Below, piece by piece: positions 1 through 12,754 of a stretch of 64,000 nucleotides of DNA. The translations under genes and the position numbers were made by a program. The stretch is from Octopus vulgaris. Taxonomy: Eukaryota. The stretch lies in NCBI GenBank assembly GCA_951406725.2, contig OX597819.1:9672001-9736000 (forward strand). Reading direction: 5' to 3'. Position 1 is the first letter of the stretch; each line of letters opens with the position of its first letter. The notes beneath the pieces are model-generated. The model was not told the origin of the DNA and ran no database searches. It saw only the letters and a list, made by a program, of their open reading frames with translations.

Positions 1-47
1 CTAGTTACCTCTATTTCCAGGTCTTTGTATTTTGAGAGTTTCTCCTA
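1..47 (-). mobile_element. R4/Dong-clade LINE fragment running off the window edge
   Basis: Minus strand translates EKLSKYKDLEIEVT (restriction-like endonuclease motif), directly adjoining (TAA)n. Confidence 0.65.
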
Positions 48-100
48 TTATTATTATTATTATTATTATTATTATCATTATTATTATTATTATTATTATT

Positions 101-608
101 GAGTGAGAGAGCAGTGCATGCCATCAAAGTGACACTGGGGTAAAAATATACGAAGCCCAGTATACCCATCATGACTACCCGTCTGATAAAGGTACACCAG
201 GCACATGCATCACAACCATATGTGCGCGACATGGTGATCTCATATCAAGATAAACAGCACATGACCTTGCAGGTGGGGCCCAGTTAGAATTTTCTTCTGG
301 TCGAGTAGCCCATTCCGCTCAAAAGGTCCCTGAATAAGGATTGTTTAAGGATGTTGAACGAATCACCCATGTTTCCAAAGGTGAACTATCCAAGCCTCCA
401 AGAATTCCTCTCAACACACGGCTATGATGCTCCCCCGCTACTTCTGCTCGTGATCAGAGATGCACATATCGTCAGCCACTAAGGGACATGCTCAACTGGT
501 TAAGGTCAAACAACTGACAAGCAAATCTGTGGTATTAAGCAGAATATTTGCTGTAGCCCATCTTTTATACCAAGACAAAATAATGTACATGATAACACTT
601 CCAATCAG

Positions 609-610
<2 letters not shown>
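101..610 (-). mobile_element. (TAA)n-embedded repeat, probable 3' UTR of a Dong/R4-like element
   Basis: Flanked by (TAT)n on both sides; highly similar reverse-complement copy at 25753-26302. Confidence 0.7.
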
Positions 611-695
<85 letters not shown>

Positions 696-712
696 CGTTA
701 TCATTATTATTA

Positions 713-921
713 GGCGAGCTGGCAGAATCGATAGCGCGCCGGGCGAAATGCTTGGGGGTATTTCGTCAGTCGCTACGTTTTGAGTTCAAATTCTGCTCGA
801 GATTGACTTTGCTTTTCATCCTTTCGGAGTCGATAAATTAAGTACCAGTTAAACATTGGGGTCGATGTAATCGACCAGTCCCTTTCCGCAAAATTTCAGG
901 CCTTGTAATTTCAGTAGAAGG
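713..921 (+). mobile_element. SINE family C
   Basis: A box TGGCAGAATCG, B box GAGTTCAAATTC, central gactttgcctttcatcctttcggggtcgat...aagtacc domain. Confidence 0.8.
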
Positions 922-1276
922 GATTACTATTATTATTATTCATAACAAGAATATAATTACGTTCCATCATCTGGTAAATTGGTAGTGTCAGGTGTTGTAA
1001 ACTATAAATGCTGCCTGCGATGATTGCAGAGGACACAATCATTCATGCATGCATCCTACAGTTTTCTGAAAGTCTTGAAGAAGGGGGTTCTTGGGTTTAA
1101 CCGACGGGGAAAAAAGAAAAACTACATGTAAGTACGTACATGCGTGAGCATGTATTTGTGTAGGCACGTTTGTTTGTACGTGTATACGTGTGGGGGTTTG
1201 TGTGTGTGTGTGTGTGTGTGTGCGTGCGCGCGCGTACATGTGTCTGAGTATTTGTATATATACATGTATATGTATA

Positions 1277-1685
1277 TACTCTTTTACTCTTTTACTTGTT
1301 TCAGTCATTTGACTGCAGCCATGCTGGAGCACCGCCTTTAGTCGAGCAAATCGACCCCGGGACTTATTCTTTGTAAGCCCAGTACTTATTCTATCGGTCT
1401 CTCTTGCCGAATCGCTAAGTGACGGGGACGTAAACACACCAGCATCGGTTGTCAAGCAATGCTAGGGGGACAAACACAGACACACAAACACACACACACA
1501 TATATATACATATACATATATACAACAGGCTTCTTTCAGTTTCCGTCAACCAAATACACTCACAAGGCTTTGGTCAGCTCGAGGCTATAGCAGAAGACAC
1601 TTGCCCAAGATGCCACGCAGTGGGACCGAACCCGGAACCATGTGGTTGGTAAGCAAGCTATTTACCACACAGCCACTCCTGCGCC
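1277..1685 (-). mobile_element. SINE family B (CORE-like, internal microsatellite)
   Basis: tRNA-like head, CORE-like cttgggcaagtgtctt, tail ctgaaacaagt(aaaagagt)n. Confidence 0.85.
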
Positions 1686-1909
1686 TATATATATAATCTT
1701 ATCTTATAGCTTGTACATGTTTCAGTCATTTGATTGTGGTCATGCTGGAGCACTCCCTTGAAAGGCTTAGTCGAACGAGTCACCACCTCACCCCCCAATA
1801 CATATTTTTAAGCATTGTACCTATTCTGTCAGTTTCTTAAACCGAAATGCTAAGTCACAGGGGCGCCATGCACAAACACAAAGACACACATAGATGTATA
1901 CATAAATAT

Positions 1910-2213
1910 CACGTGATCACGTGACCGACCAGACCATCAGATGTTGTTACACATCGCTGGTCACAATGCGTTCGCATTGTTTTAGCCTTCGAATGACGCC
2001 ACTCCGTTGGCTAAGCGAGCAGGCCAACAGAAGAAAGAGTGAGAGAAAGAGTGGTGAAAGAGTACAGCAGGGATCACCACCCCCTGCCGGAGCCTCGTGA
2101 AGCTTTTAGGTGTTTTCGCTCAATAAACACTCACAACGCCCGGTCTGGGAATCGAAACCGCGATCCTGCGACCGCGAGTCCGCTGCCCTAACCACTGGGC
2201 CATTGCGCCTCCA
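1910..2213 (-). mobile_element. SINE with family A head and an alternative tail
   Basis: Head matches family A, 3' half unrelated; TSD tacataaatat. Confidence 0.85.
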
Positions 2214-2380
2214 CATACATAAATATAGCATGCTATAATTGCCGAGAAAACTATCATTCATACAGGCATCTGACAGTTTTAAAGAATGAGGTTCTTTAGT
2301 TTAACCGACACGGAAAAAATTTTACGTCCGTGCGTGAATGTATATTTGTGTAGATGCGTCTGTGATTCACGCGCGCGCGT

Positions 2381-3745
2381 GTGTGTGCTGTACTGCTTGG
2401 CATTCGGACCGGAAGCTCCTATACGAACATTTCAGAATGTTTGGGTGTCAATCTGAGGACAGTGCAGAGGATTCAGGAAGAGTTGGACGAGTCTAATGGT
2501 GATTACAAAGGTACGACAGATCGGAAAAACCACTCTGATTGTTCTGATAAGAAAAAAACTCTTGAATTTATTGGTGAGATCCAGGCCATGATTGACAACG
2601 ATCCCTCCAAGTCAATCAGTCCATTGCCAAGGACATTGCATCTAGTGCATGAAGACATTCGGTATTCTTCATACAAGATGAGAAAGGTCTAATTTTTATG
2701 GAGTGGCTGTGTGGTAAGTAGCTTGTTTACCAACCACATGGTTCCGGGTTCAGTCCCACTGCGTGGCACCTTGGGCAAGTGCCTTCTACTATAGCCTAGG
2801 GCCAACCAATGCCTTGTGAGTGGATTTGGTTGACGGAAACTGAAAGAAGCCCGTCGTATATATGTATATATATATATGCGTGTGTGTGTTTGTGTGTCTA
2901 TGTTTGTCCTCCTAGCATTGCTTGACAACAGATGCTGGTGTGTTTATGTCCCCGTTACTTAGCGGTTCGGCAAAAGAGACCGATAGAATAAGTACTGGGC
3001 TTACAAAAGAATAAGTCCCAGGGTCGAGTTGCTCGATTAAAGGCGGTGCTCCAGCATGGCCGCAGTCAAATGACTGAAACAAGTAAAAGAGTAAAAGAGA
3101 GAGAGTAAGCCATCGAAGACAAAAGGAAAAATCGCGCTACGAAGCTTTTGAACAAACTCAAGCGTCCCTTCCAACCAAACATGCTTTGGTTTTTCTCCAT
3201 TCATCTTCCCACAAGCCTGAGACTCAACAAGGAGGCCTACATCAAGTGCCCGGAGGAGGTAGTGCTGCCCCTGGGTCAAGATTGTTGTTGCTGGAAGACC
3301 CTCCTATATCTGGCAACAGGACTTTGCACCATGCTATTCAAGCAGGAGAACCCAGTCATGGTTGTCTGACAATTTCTACGACCACAACACCCCTAACATC
3401 TGGGCACCTAACTTCCCAGACTGCAACACCCTTGATTATTATTTGTTGGGCGCAGTTGAACGAGAGACCAACAAAACTCCTTATAGCACCAAAGATGAAC
3501 CGGAGGCAGGAATTATGGCAGCACTAACCAACTTAAACAAGGAGACAGTCCAGAAGAGTTGCAAAAGATTCCGAAGTCGCTTGGAGGCCGTGGTTGAAGC
3601 CAATGGCGATTTTATTGAACAAATTTACTCTTTAGTATTTCAAGATAACTTTATGTAATTTTGGTAAATACATCTGTTAAAATGAGATGTCAGTGTTATT
3701 TTCATTTTTGCGTAATTTAGACGACAATTTATTTATCGCACCCTG
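2381..3745 (+). mobile_element. Decayed Tc1/mariner DD37D (maT-like) transposon, split by a SINE
   Basis: HTH-like LGVNLRTVQRI; WQQD-37 aa-D(YYLLG) spacing counted; ends caccctg|TA; frameshifts and an internal deletion. Confidence 0.8.
2700..3107 (+). mobile_element. SINE family B inserted in the DD37D transposon
   Basis: Full family match; the transposase reading frame continues on both sides. Confidence 0.85.
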
Positions 3746-5307
3746 TACATTTATATATGACGGTCTTCTTTCACTTTCCGTCAACCAAATCCACTCACAA
3801 AGCTTGGTCGGTCTAGGACCATAGTAGAAGACATGCAGTGTCATTGAACCCAAAGCTATGTGGTTGAGAAGCCAAATTCTAAACACCCAGTTATGCCTAC
3901 GCGAACAGAAGGACAGACAGGCAGACAGACACAGACAGACAAACAGACAGACAGGCATGTGTTTGTCAATACAAAAAAAGTATATCTGTATTATGTATTC
4001 GTCATCTTCGAAGCTGTGCTGAAAGGTTTGTTTTGGTAGAATGTAAAAATAGTAAACAGAGATGCTCTAACTTCTATAGAAAAACTATTCCACCCACATA
4101 CTAGTGGAATAAATTATTCATATATTATTGTGTTTTAATCTGCATTCGTTTACATTTTTTATCAAACATCTATTTGAATAATTCGAAAAACGCATGAACT
4201 TTGTGTCATCTAAATGAATATAAATGATGAATGGGTACGGCTTTGTGCTTTGTTCTGTAACAATACTTCAATGTTGCTATGATAGCCGCTATAAGAATGC
4301 GTACGTGATTCTAAAATCCATTGACAATAATATTTGTGTGGATGGTGAGCGGTTAGTCCCAAATAGTAATGGTCGAGCTTTTAAAAAGGTTCATTAAAAT
4401 ATCGCTTTGAACTATTATACAAATTAGATGAGCAAGTTTTGAAGGAAAAAATGCTCGTTTAACTCTTCCATCCATCGATAATTTAAGGGATGGTGAAGGA
4501 AACTCTAAGGGGATGCACAAGCCGCCTGCTGAAATAGCAATCAAACGTCCCTCAAAACGCATTTTACCATGTTATAAAACGAAGAATAGATTGGACAATA
4601 TATAGTTCCCAGATATCTATAAATTGTAAGTGGGATGGCCACGTCTGTGTATTCAATAGCGTCTTCAGAGAACTCATTCAAAAAGCATGTAACGAAAGAG
4701 TTTGACAACTCACGTACACCAGTGTGTACGTGTTTGTTGGTCGAATGACACCCTCGCAAAATACATAGACGTAGAGGGTGCGCCCGTGTGTTTAAGCAGA
4801 TCCTGTTGCCTGTCACTCTGAGGTTTACACGATATGCAACTGGTTGTAGAGAAGCAACTGTACACTGTGAAAACTCCAGAGCAACGGGCCACTGGACCAC
4901 GTTAAATAAACTACTGCACTACGTTTGTATTCTCCAGATCCTTATCCAACAACAGATCAATGTGTGTGTATGTCTATCTGTCCGAAAGTTTTATTGTACT
5001 CTATTGCGTTTTTGTTCCATTTATATATAAATACATCGGGAGGTATGAGAGGTAAATATATTTATTTAACCACTTGTCATCATCAGGATTGCGGCCATTT
5101 CGCAGCCTTCTTCATGTAATAATAATTTCAGGGTATAATAAATTATGCTTACATGTCTGCACTAATATGCATGTTACGCATTAGACAATACAATCACCAG
5201 AAAACCACCAAAACATCATCGTCTGTTAGCCGAGTTGGCTAGAGGAGCCGTCTGTGGTACCCACACGATTCATGGAATCAAACAATTACACTGTATATAT
5301 ATATATA

Positions 5308-5427
5308 TTCTGTAGAAGAGCGGAGGCTCGAAACGTAAAAGACTTTTTCTATTCCTGAGCGTTATACTAATACATCTGTTTGTTTTGTACACCGCCTGTC
5401 TTCGTCTTTTGTTTTTTTCGTAAACTC

Positions 5428-5430
<3 letters not shown>
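5308..5430 (+). mobile_element. Short repeat (putative Penelope pLTR end) with a variant hammerhead core
   Basis: CTGTAGA-A-GAGC-GGAG-GCTC-GAAA-CG-TA-AAAGA between (TA)n tracts; homologous to 36469-36600 on the minus strand. Confidence 0.5.
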
Positions 5431-5481
<51 letters not shown>

Positions 5482-5718
5482 GTATGTGTGTATGTATGTA
5501 TATACAGAGAGAGGTAGAGAAATACTGTATATTTGGTGTGTGTGTAAATATATATGCATACATTTGGGATAAATTTACAACAGCCCAACAGCTGGGACAA
5601 AGGCACATACAGGAGTGGTGACTTGAAACACACCCAGACTGAGTAAATCAGAAAGACCTCGGTGGTGCTCCAGCATGACCGCAGCCTCATGGCTGAAACG
5701 AGTAAGAGAGTAAAAGAG

Positions 5719-5786
<68 letters not shown>

Positions 5787-6090
5787 TATATGATTTCATA
5801 CATACTGTTATATGTACTCACCACAGACATATATACACACACACACACGTATATATATCCAGAGAGAGAGAGAGAGAGAAGGAGAGTGAGAAAAAGAGAG
5901 AGGTAGGGAGGAAAGTTGAAAATGCGCAGAGAGGTTTTATAGATGGTTTACTTTTAAAGGTTTAACCGGTTTGACAGACTTTTCTGATTTTCAAAAGTGG
6001 ACATAGAAAGTCGTGGGTCTATACTGCTACTCTCTCCTTCTTTCTCTCTCCTTCTCTTTCCCCTTCTCTCTCTCCCTTTCTTGCTCTCTC

Positions 6091-6145
<55 letters not shown>

Positions 6146-7016
6146 ACCCACACACACATTCATATCTTGAATAGATATATACTATAGAAACTTGAACCAG
6201 AATTTATGACACTTTTAGAGAGAGTCTAAACTCAATTTCTGGGAAATATATTAGCAATTAATCAAAATGTACGTCTCCTGTTGCTTTCCTATTCTCTACA
6301 CTCTTTTTCCTCGCTCATTCTTTCCTTTACCTCCCACCTCTTGTTCACTTCCGTTCTGGAATTACATTTTCTACAATGTCATACAGGACGTTTCCCGTCT
6401 ACATTATCATAATTTTTTTAATATAAGAAATTTCATTTTCGGCTACAATGTCTGGTTAGAGGAAATTACCATTAAGTCTTGATCTTCAAATGTCGTAAGT
6501 TCAGTACGCAGATAGTTCCTATGGAAAAATCATGAATGTTAAAATATTTCTTCAAATTCCGCCAAGGTCAACTTTGCCTTTCATCCTTTCGGGGTAGATT
6601 AAGCACTGGAGTTAATGTAATTGACTTAGTCCTTTTGTCTGTCCCCTCTATGTTTAGCCCCTTGTGGGCAATAAAGAATTAAATATTTCTTAGTTTTTCT
6701 TCTATTTTTTTTTCCTCTATCATAATGTAGGAATTTTGTGCTTAGTAGGGAAGAAAAGAAGCGAAAATTATTCGGTTGTGTATCTTTACATTCTAAATTC
6801 AAACCTCATCGTCACCGACATTGTCTTTGCTCCTTCCATGGTCGCTGTAGCAAGTACGGATAATGTAAGGAGGTAGATTATGTTCTCTATACCTTACACT
6901 TCAAATTTGTGATCAGGAAGAAAAATCAATGTAATTTCAGAAAGTACCTCAAAGTTAAGAACAACATGCAATATACCTTTATGCGTACGTGTGTGTGTAC
7001 ATGTGTATGTGTGTGC

Positions 7017-7103
<87 letters not shown>

Positions 7104-7199
7104 ACGAGTTAAAGTTCACCCATGCCGTATCAAAATGGTAATTTAACCATATTAACCAATTTGCATATATAAATCGACATAATAAACACCAGAGCGTAA

Positions 7200-8277
7200 A
7201 ATGTAACGGGGCTGCTATCAAGGGGTCTCCAGCATAACTCCTGTTGCAAGGCCCCTTCTGAAAGCTGTTCATAACCAAAATAGAGTCAGAAGACTACAAT
7301 AGGGCAGAAGACTACATAAAGATAGATTTTTCAAAAGTCCTATTTACTGACGAATGCCGTACTATCCTAGACGGATCAGATGGGTGGAGTAAAGGGTGGG
7401 TTGCAATTAGCGGAAATCGTCCTCATCGTTTGAGACGCCGACAAAGGTGAGATGGAGTCACGATTTGGGCTGGCATCATTAGAGAAAAGTTGGTTGGTCC
7501 TTGGAAAGTTCCAGACGGAATTAAGATGACATCTAATGTTTATGCTGCCTTTTTGGAGGACAATTTTAAGACATGGTTGAAGAAGCAGAAAGTTTCATTA
7601 AAGAAAACGCTGGTATTCATGCAAGATAATGCGCCTTCCCTTGCAGCTAAGAAATCTCTAGAATACCTACAGCAATTAGGCTTCTCTGGACACCGTTTGA
7701 TGAAGTGGCCAACGTGTTCACCCGACTTAAACCCGATTGAAAGTCTATGGAGTATTCTGAAGAGGAAGATATATCCAGACAGACGACGGTTTTCAACGAA
7801 AGATGCGCTCTGGGAAGCTATTGTGGATGCTGCTGAAAATATTACACCAGATGAAATAGTTACCCTGACAAATTCAATGGATAAACGCATCAGGAACGTT
7901 CTCTGATGCAGTGGATCATACATCCATTATCAAAAACTTTATGACGTTATATTTCTTGTATCATTTCTGTTCATACATATTATGTTCATTATAAATTCCG
8001 TTATGACTATATTTGTTATTAAAAATTAATTGTCGCATGAAATGAATGTTTTTGCATAATTAACATTTTATTAGACATACCTAATAATTTAGGACGGTAA
8101 AAATGATGCCTAGAAACAAAAATGGCCGTTGTCTCTTTACGTATGAGTGGATCGGATTATTTTGGTACAGCACATGCAGATGGGTGTTATCATGAGTGGG
8201 AAAATATCTGGATTCGAACAAATAAATATTCTGTTATTGCGAAAAAACTGAGCTGCCTAATAATTTGACATACAGTG
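7200..8277 (+). mobile_element. Decayed Tc1-like DD37E (TRT-like) transposon, 3' part
   Basis: DFSKVLFTDE...LDGSDGW...FMQD-37 aa-E (SPDLNPIE); in-frame TGA at 7448; TIR-like gcctaataatt...cagtg near 8255-8277. Confidence 0.85.
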
Positions 8278-8289
8278 TGTGTATGTATG

Positions 8290-8321
<32 letters not shown>

Positions 8322-8486
8322 TGTATGTATGTATGTATGTATGTATGTATGTTTGTATGTATGTACACAGGTGTGGCTCTTTGCTTCCCAACCACATGGT
8401 TCTGGATTTAGTTCCACTGCGTGGCACCTTGACGACCAAAGCCTCATGAGTGGATTTTAGTAGACGGAAACTGAAAAAAGCCCGTC

Positions 8487-8527
<41 letters not shown>

Positions 8528-9628
8528 ATAGTATATAGATATAAGATCCAGGGATCGAGGTGTAATAAGAAAGTTAGTTTCGATTAATCCGAAGTAAATA
8601 TAATAACAACTTGCAGGGACAATAATGGTTTAACGAGACGGAAGGTTGAGGATTTTTTGTATTGAAATATGATAAACTGAAAAGAGTTCTTTCTATATTT
8701 TACGGAAGCCGTCCAGGGCTGCCGGGTATGCAAAGAATACAAGAGTTAAGGAATGGAGCAGATAAGATCCGGGCTACGTATGTTTCATAGCGAGCGGGAC
8801 CTCGGAAGTGGTAAATATCCAAGCGAGATGCATTCCGCAGTCTATAGAAAACCATAAGACGAATGATCACAATTAACAGTCAGCTACAGTACCCTAGTCG
8901 TTACCACTCCCAATGTAGAATTCTTCACCATACAGGTGACAGGCACAGCCGTAAGATGCATTACGAATCTATAGCAATTGGAAGGGCGTGACCCAACTGA
9001 AAAAAATATTAACTGCGTGACATGAGGGCTTTGGAGAAATGAAAGTTGGAGTTTGCAAATGACCACTATACTGATACGTAACTGGACAGAATAAATATAC
9101 AATCTATAAATGTCTTTGAATAACCAGTCGCTCATCTGGGAAGGCCTTGAAATCAATGTTACCATGTGGGGATTATGTGTGACCCAGTGATAATAAAAAG
9201 ACTGAAAGGAGATCTGCAATCAAATAACTTTACTCAACACTTCGCAACTGAATCAGTGGAGGTAAAGATGCCTCTCATTTACTTGACAATTTATGCAGCA
9301 CATTGCAGAAATCACAATCTAAGTGCATGTCAAAGCAAACTCTTACACTTAATGCTCATCTTCTATGCTCGGATGACCCCACAGCTTCAAAGAGTACAAC
9401 TATTCGTCTTTGCTTAGATAAAATGACAAAATTGTGGGTGTTAAGTCCCCATGAAGGTGTCTTTCTAACTTGTAAGAAGATGAAATTTTATAAATATTAC
9501 TTCATTTGTATCTAATATCTATGGTTAAAATTTCATCAACAGCAAAAATAAATGAATTGTCATGAGGGTTGTGGCCTTTATGCATAGAATATAATTTCCA
9601 AATTTCGTAAAGATCCATTTTTAAAAAA

Positions 9629-9985
9629 TTTTATTTTATCTAGTTTCAGCTCACGAGCTGTGGCCATGCTGGGGCACCGCCATTCGGTGTTGCTACATGA
9701 TTTTACTTCACGAATACTTTTTAGCAATTGACATTTGGTGCATGAGAGAGTTTGATGCAGCTGCCCTCATCTGCACCTCCTGCCGTGAAGTTGGTTCATC
9801 TGGGACACCTGACAAGAAGAGATCCAGTTTTATTTTAAAGACATCTACATCCACCCCATGCAGGTCTCTCAGGTCCTTCGGGAGGATATTGAAGAGCTGT
9901 GGACTTCTGAAACCCAGGCTATCACAGTATCTTGTCCATCTTGAGAGCAAATTTAGAGTCCTTGGCACTATGCAGTACTTTTGAC
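9629..9985 (-). mobile_element. CR1-group LINE 3' end
   Basis: PQLFNILPKDLRD...FKIKLDLFLSGVPDEP C-terminal motif; 3' tail ggcggtgccccagcatggcc...ctgaaactagataaaataaaa. Confidence 0.75.
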
Positions 9986-10545
9986 CTAGTTTTGGATCAT
10001 AAAAGCAATGACTAAAATTTGGGAGGTAAGGCCCCCATTAGGGTGTCTTAGAATCCTCATGTGAAGTGGAAACTTTGAGAATACTTCTTGATGTATGTCA
10101 ATTACCCATGGTTGAAATTTCATCAACATCGAAAATGTCTTTCAGTTCTGTCTACAAAATCCACTGACAAGGCTTTGGTTAGTCTGTGGCTATAGCAGAA
10201 GGCACATTCCAAGTCACCACACAGTGGTACTGAACCCAGGACCATGTGTTTTGTGACTGTGTAGTAACAAACTTCGTTCCAAAACACATGGTCCTGGGTT
10301 TAAATTTAAATTTAAAATAATAAGGGTGAGAAATTGAATATTAATTTCATTAATATGAATTGAAGACCAATGGTGTAGCATATAAGACCATAGCGAGTCT
10401 TCTTCTAGCAAAATGGATGTCCACTGTTAATGGTTCATCCTTCTTATATAATAGTTTGACCATAATAGTTTCAGTATTAAAGTGAAAGTATCTGTCATTA
10501 CAATAGAGAAATGTTTTTGGTTCACTTTTAACACGTAATACTGAA

Positions 10546-10810
10546 ATAGTGGAGAAGATATGATATTGCTGTGGGCTCGCCCTAGGCAAGAAGTTAGAAA
10601 TTTTTTGCCCGTGACACTACATGGACCCTAAGAAAGGCATGTATAAAATTTGAATGAAATTGGTTGTGTAGTACTCAAGTTTTAGGGATTCATAGTAGAG
10701 AAGATATGATATTGCTGTGGGCTCGCCCTAGGCAGAAAGTTAAACAAGTTTTGGCCCATGACACTCCCTGGACCCTAAGTAAGGCAAGTGTAAAATTTGA
10801 ATGAAATTGT
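10546..10810. repeat. Tandem dimer of a unit of about 146 bp (satellite-like)
   Basis: gagaagatatgatattgctgtgggctcgccctaggca at 10552 and 10698. Confidence 0.85.
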
Positions 10811-10954
10811 CCGTATTTGACATCTACTTTTAGCGTATAAGTCAAATTTACTACAATAAAGAAAATATCTAATGACCATTATTTATGCCCTGTCTGGTAC
10901 ATACATATACATATAGATAGATAGATAGATTAGTAGACAGACAGACAGACAGAC

Positions 10955-11054
<100 letters not shown>

Positions 11055-11494
11055 GATGGATGGATGGATGGATGGATGGATAGATAGATAGATATCTGTA
11101 CAGTTATGCGATTGTGTGTGTGCGCGGGCGTCCGCGTCTGATTTAGTATCTTTCAGTGTATGTGCTCGCTCATGATATCTTTCCAAGATCCGATTTATCA
11201 AATTCACAACAGTAAAGAAAATAAGTTTCACGTCCCAAACTTGACCTTCTTACGCTCACTTTATTAAGGTAATCTATTTGCATAACAGCTCCATTATTTC
11301 ATATATCAAGAAGTTTCTTTTTAATCACCCAGAACACAGACTGGAGGTCGCCTTCTAGTGAACTAAGACGATGGGAAGGCTTAAGAGCATGCATAGAAGA
11401 AATTCACCATCTAGCTGTCTTCGTTTAACATGGCGAGTCATCTATCACATGTGAGTGTATGCGTGTGTGTGTGCGTGTGTGTGTCTGTGTGTGT

Positions 11495-11527
<33 letters not shown>

Positions 11528-11573
11528 TGTATGTGTAAATACAGACATGCACAAAATACAAGAATTCTATATA

Positions 11574-11964
11574 TCTTTATATATAAAAGTGAAGTTGTGT
11601 GTCTGTCTCCTACGATTTAGATTCCTAACTACTCCCACATTTTTCGGTGCAGTTTAACCAAAACCGGGTATCTTATTGCCGTGATTCATATCGAGCCCTT
11701 CTGGGTATTAGCGCGCGTCTACGATGAGTCTACGATTTTAAAAAAATTTACCATCATTTTTTTCCATTTTAATGCATTTTTTCGCTATTATATAAGGGAA
11801 GTAACTCTCTAAAAATGTCTACGAGTCAACGATTTAAAAAAATTTACCATCTTTTTTTTCCATTTTTAATGCACTTTTTTGCTATTTTTTGGCTATAACT
11901 CTCTAAAAATGCTTATATAGTTATTTCCCTTACAAACCCGAGCAACGCCGGGCGATACTGCTAG
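11574..11964 (+). mobile_element. Non-autonomous Helitron
   Basis: A|TC start, CTAG|T end, subterminal hairpin cccgagcaacgccggg, no TSD; seven copies in the window. Confidence 0.85.
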
Positions 11965-12331
11965 TATATATGTATATATAAAGACACAGGCGCAGACAAA
12001 AACATAAATACATGCAAATACTTGTGTATATACGGGAACATATATACGTACACGTGTTCATATGTGTGTGACGAAAGTTTGTAACCATGTACAAACGTTC
12101 ATCAAGCACATGTATATATATGCATATATATATATGTGTGTATGTGTATGTGTGAGTGTGTGTGTGTAGATATGTTTTATATGATAAATGGTGATCATCT
12201 TGATTACAAAGATTTCCTTTTTTGTTTATTTTTATTTGTATGTATGTATGTATGTATATGTGCGTGCGTGTGTATATACAGGAACATCTATGTATATGTG
12301 TGTATATGTGTATTATATATATATGTACATA

Positions 12332-12754
12332 GGCGCAGGAGTGGCTGTGTGGTAAGTAGCTTGCTTACCAACCACATGGTTCCGGGTTCAGTCCCACTGC
12401 GTGGCACCTTGGGCAAGTGTCTTCTACTATAGCCTCGGGCTGACCAAAGCCTTGTGAGTGGATTTGTTAGACGGAAACTGAAAGAAGCCCGTCGTATATA
12501 TGTATATTTATGTGTGTGTGTGTGTGTGCGTGTATGTTTGTGTGTCTGTGTTTGTCCCCCTAGCATTGCTTGACAACCGATGCTGGTGTGTTTATGTCCC
12601 CGTCACTTAGCGGTTTGGCAAAAGAGACCCATAGAATAAGTACTGGGCTTACAAAGAATAAGTCCCAGGCTCGAGTTGCTCGACTAAAGGCGGTGCTCCA
12701 GCATGGCCGCAGTCAACTGACTGAAACAAGTAAAAGAGTAAAAGAGTAAAGAGT
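12332..12754 (+). mobile_element. SINE family B
   Basis: Full-length family match. Confidence 0.85.

Noticed and set aside
8770-8845. Minus-strand CTGCGGA...GAAACATACGTA as a hammerhead
   Set aside because: Core is non-canonical and stems I and II do not pair
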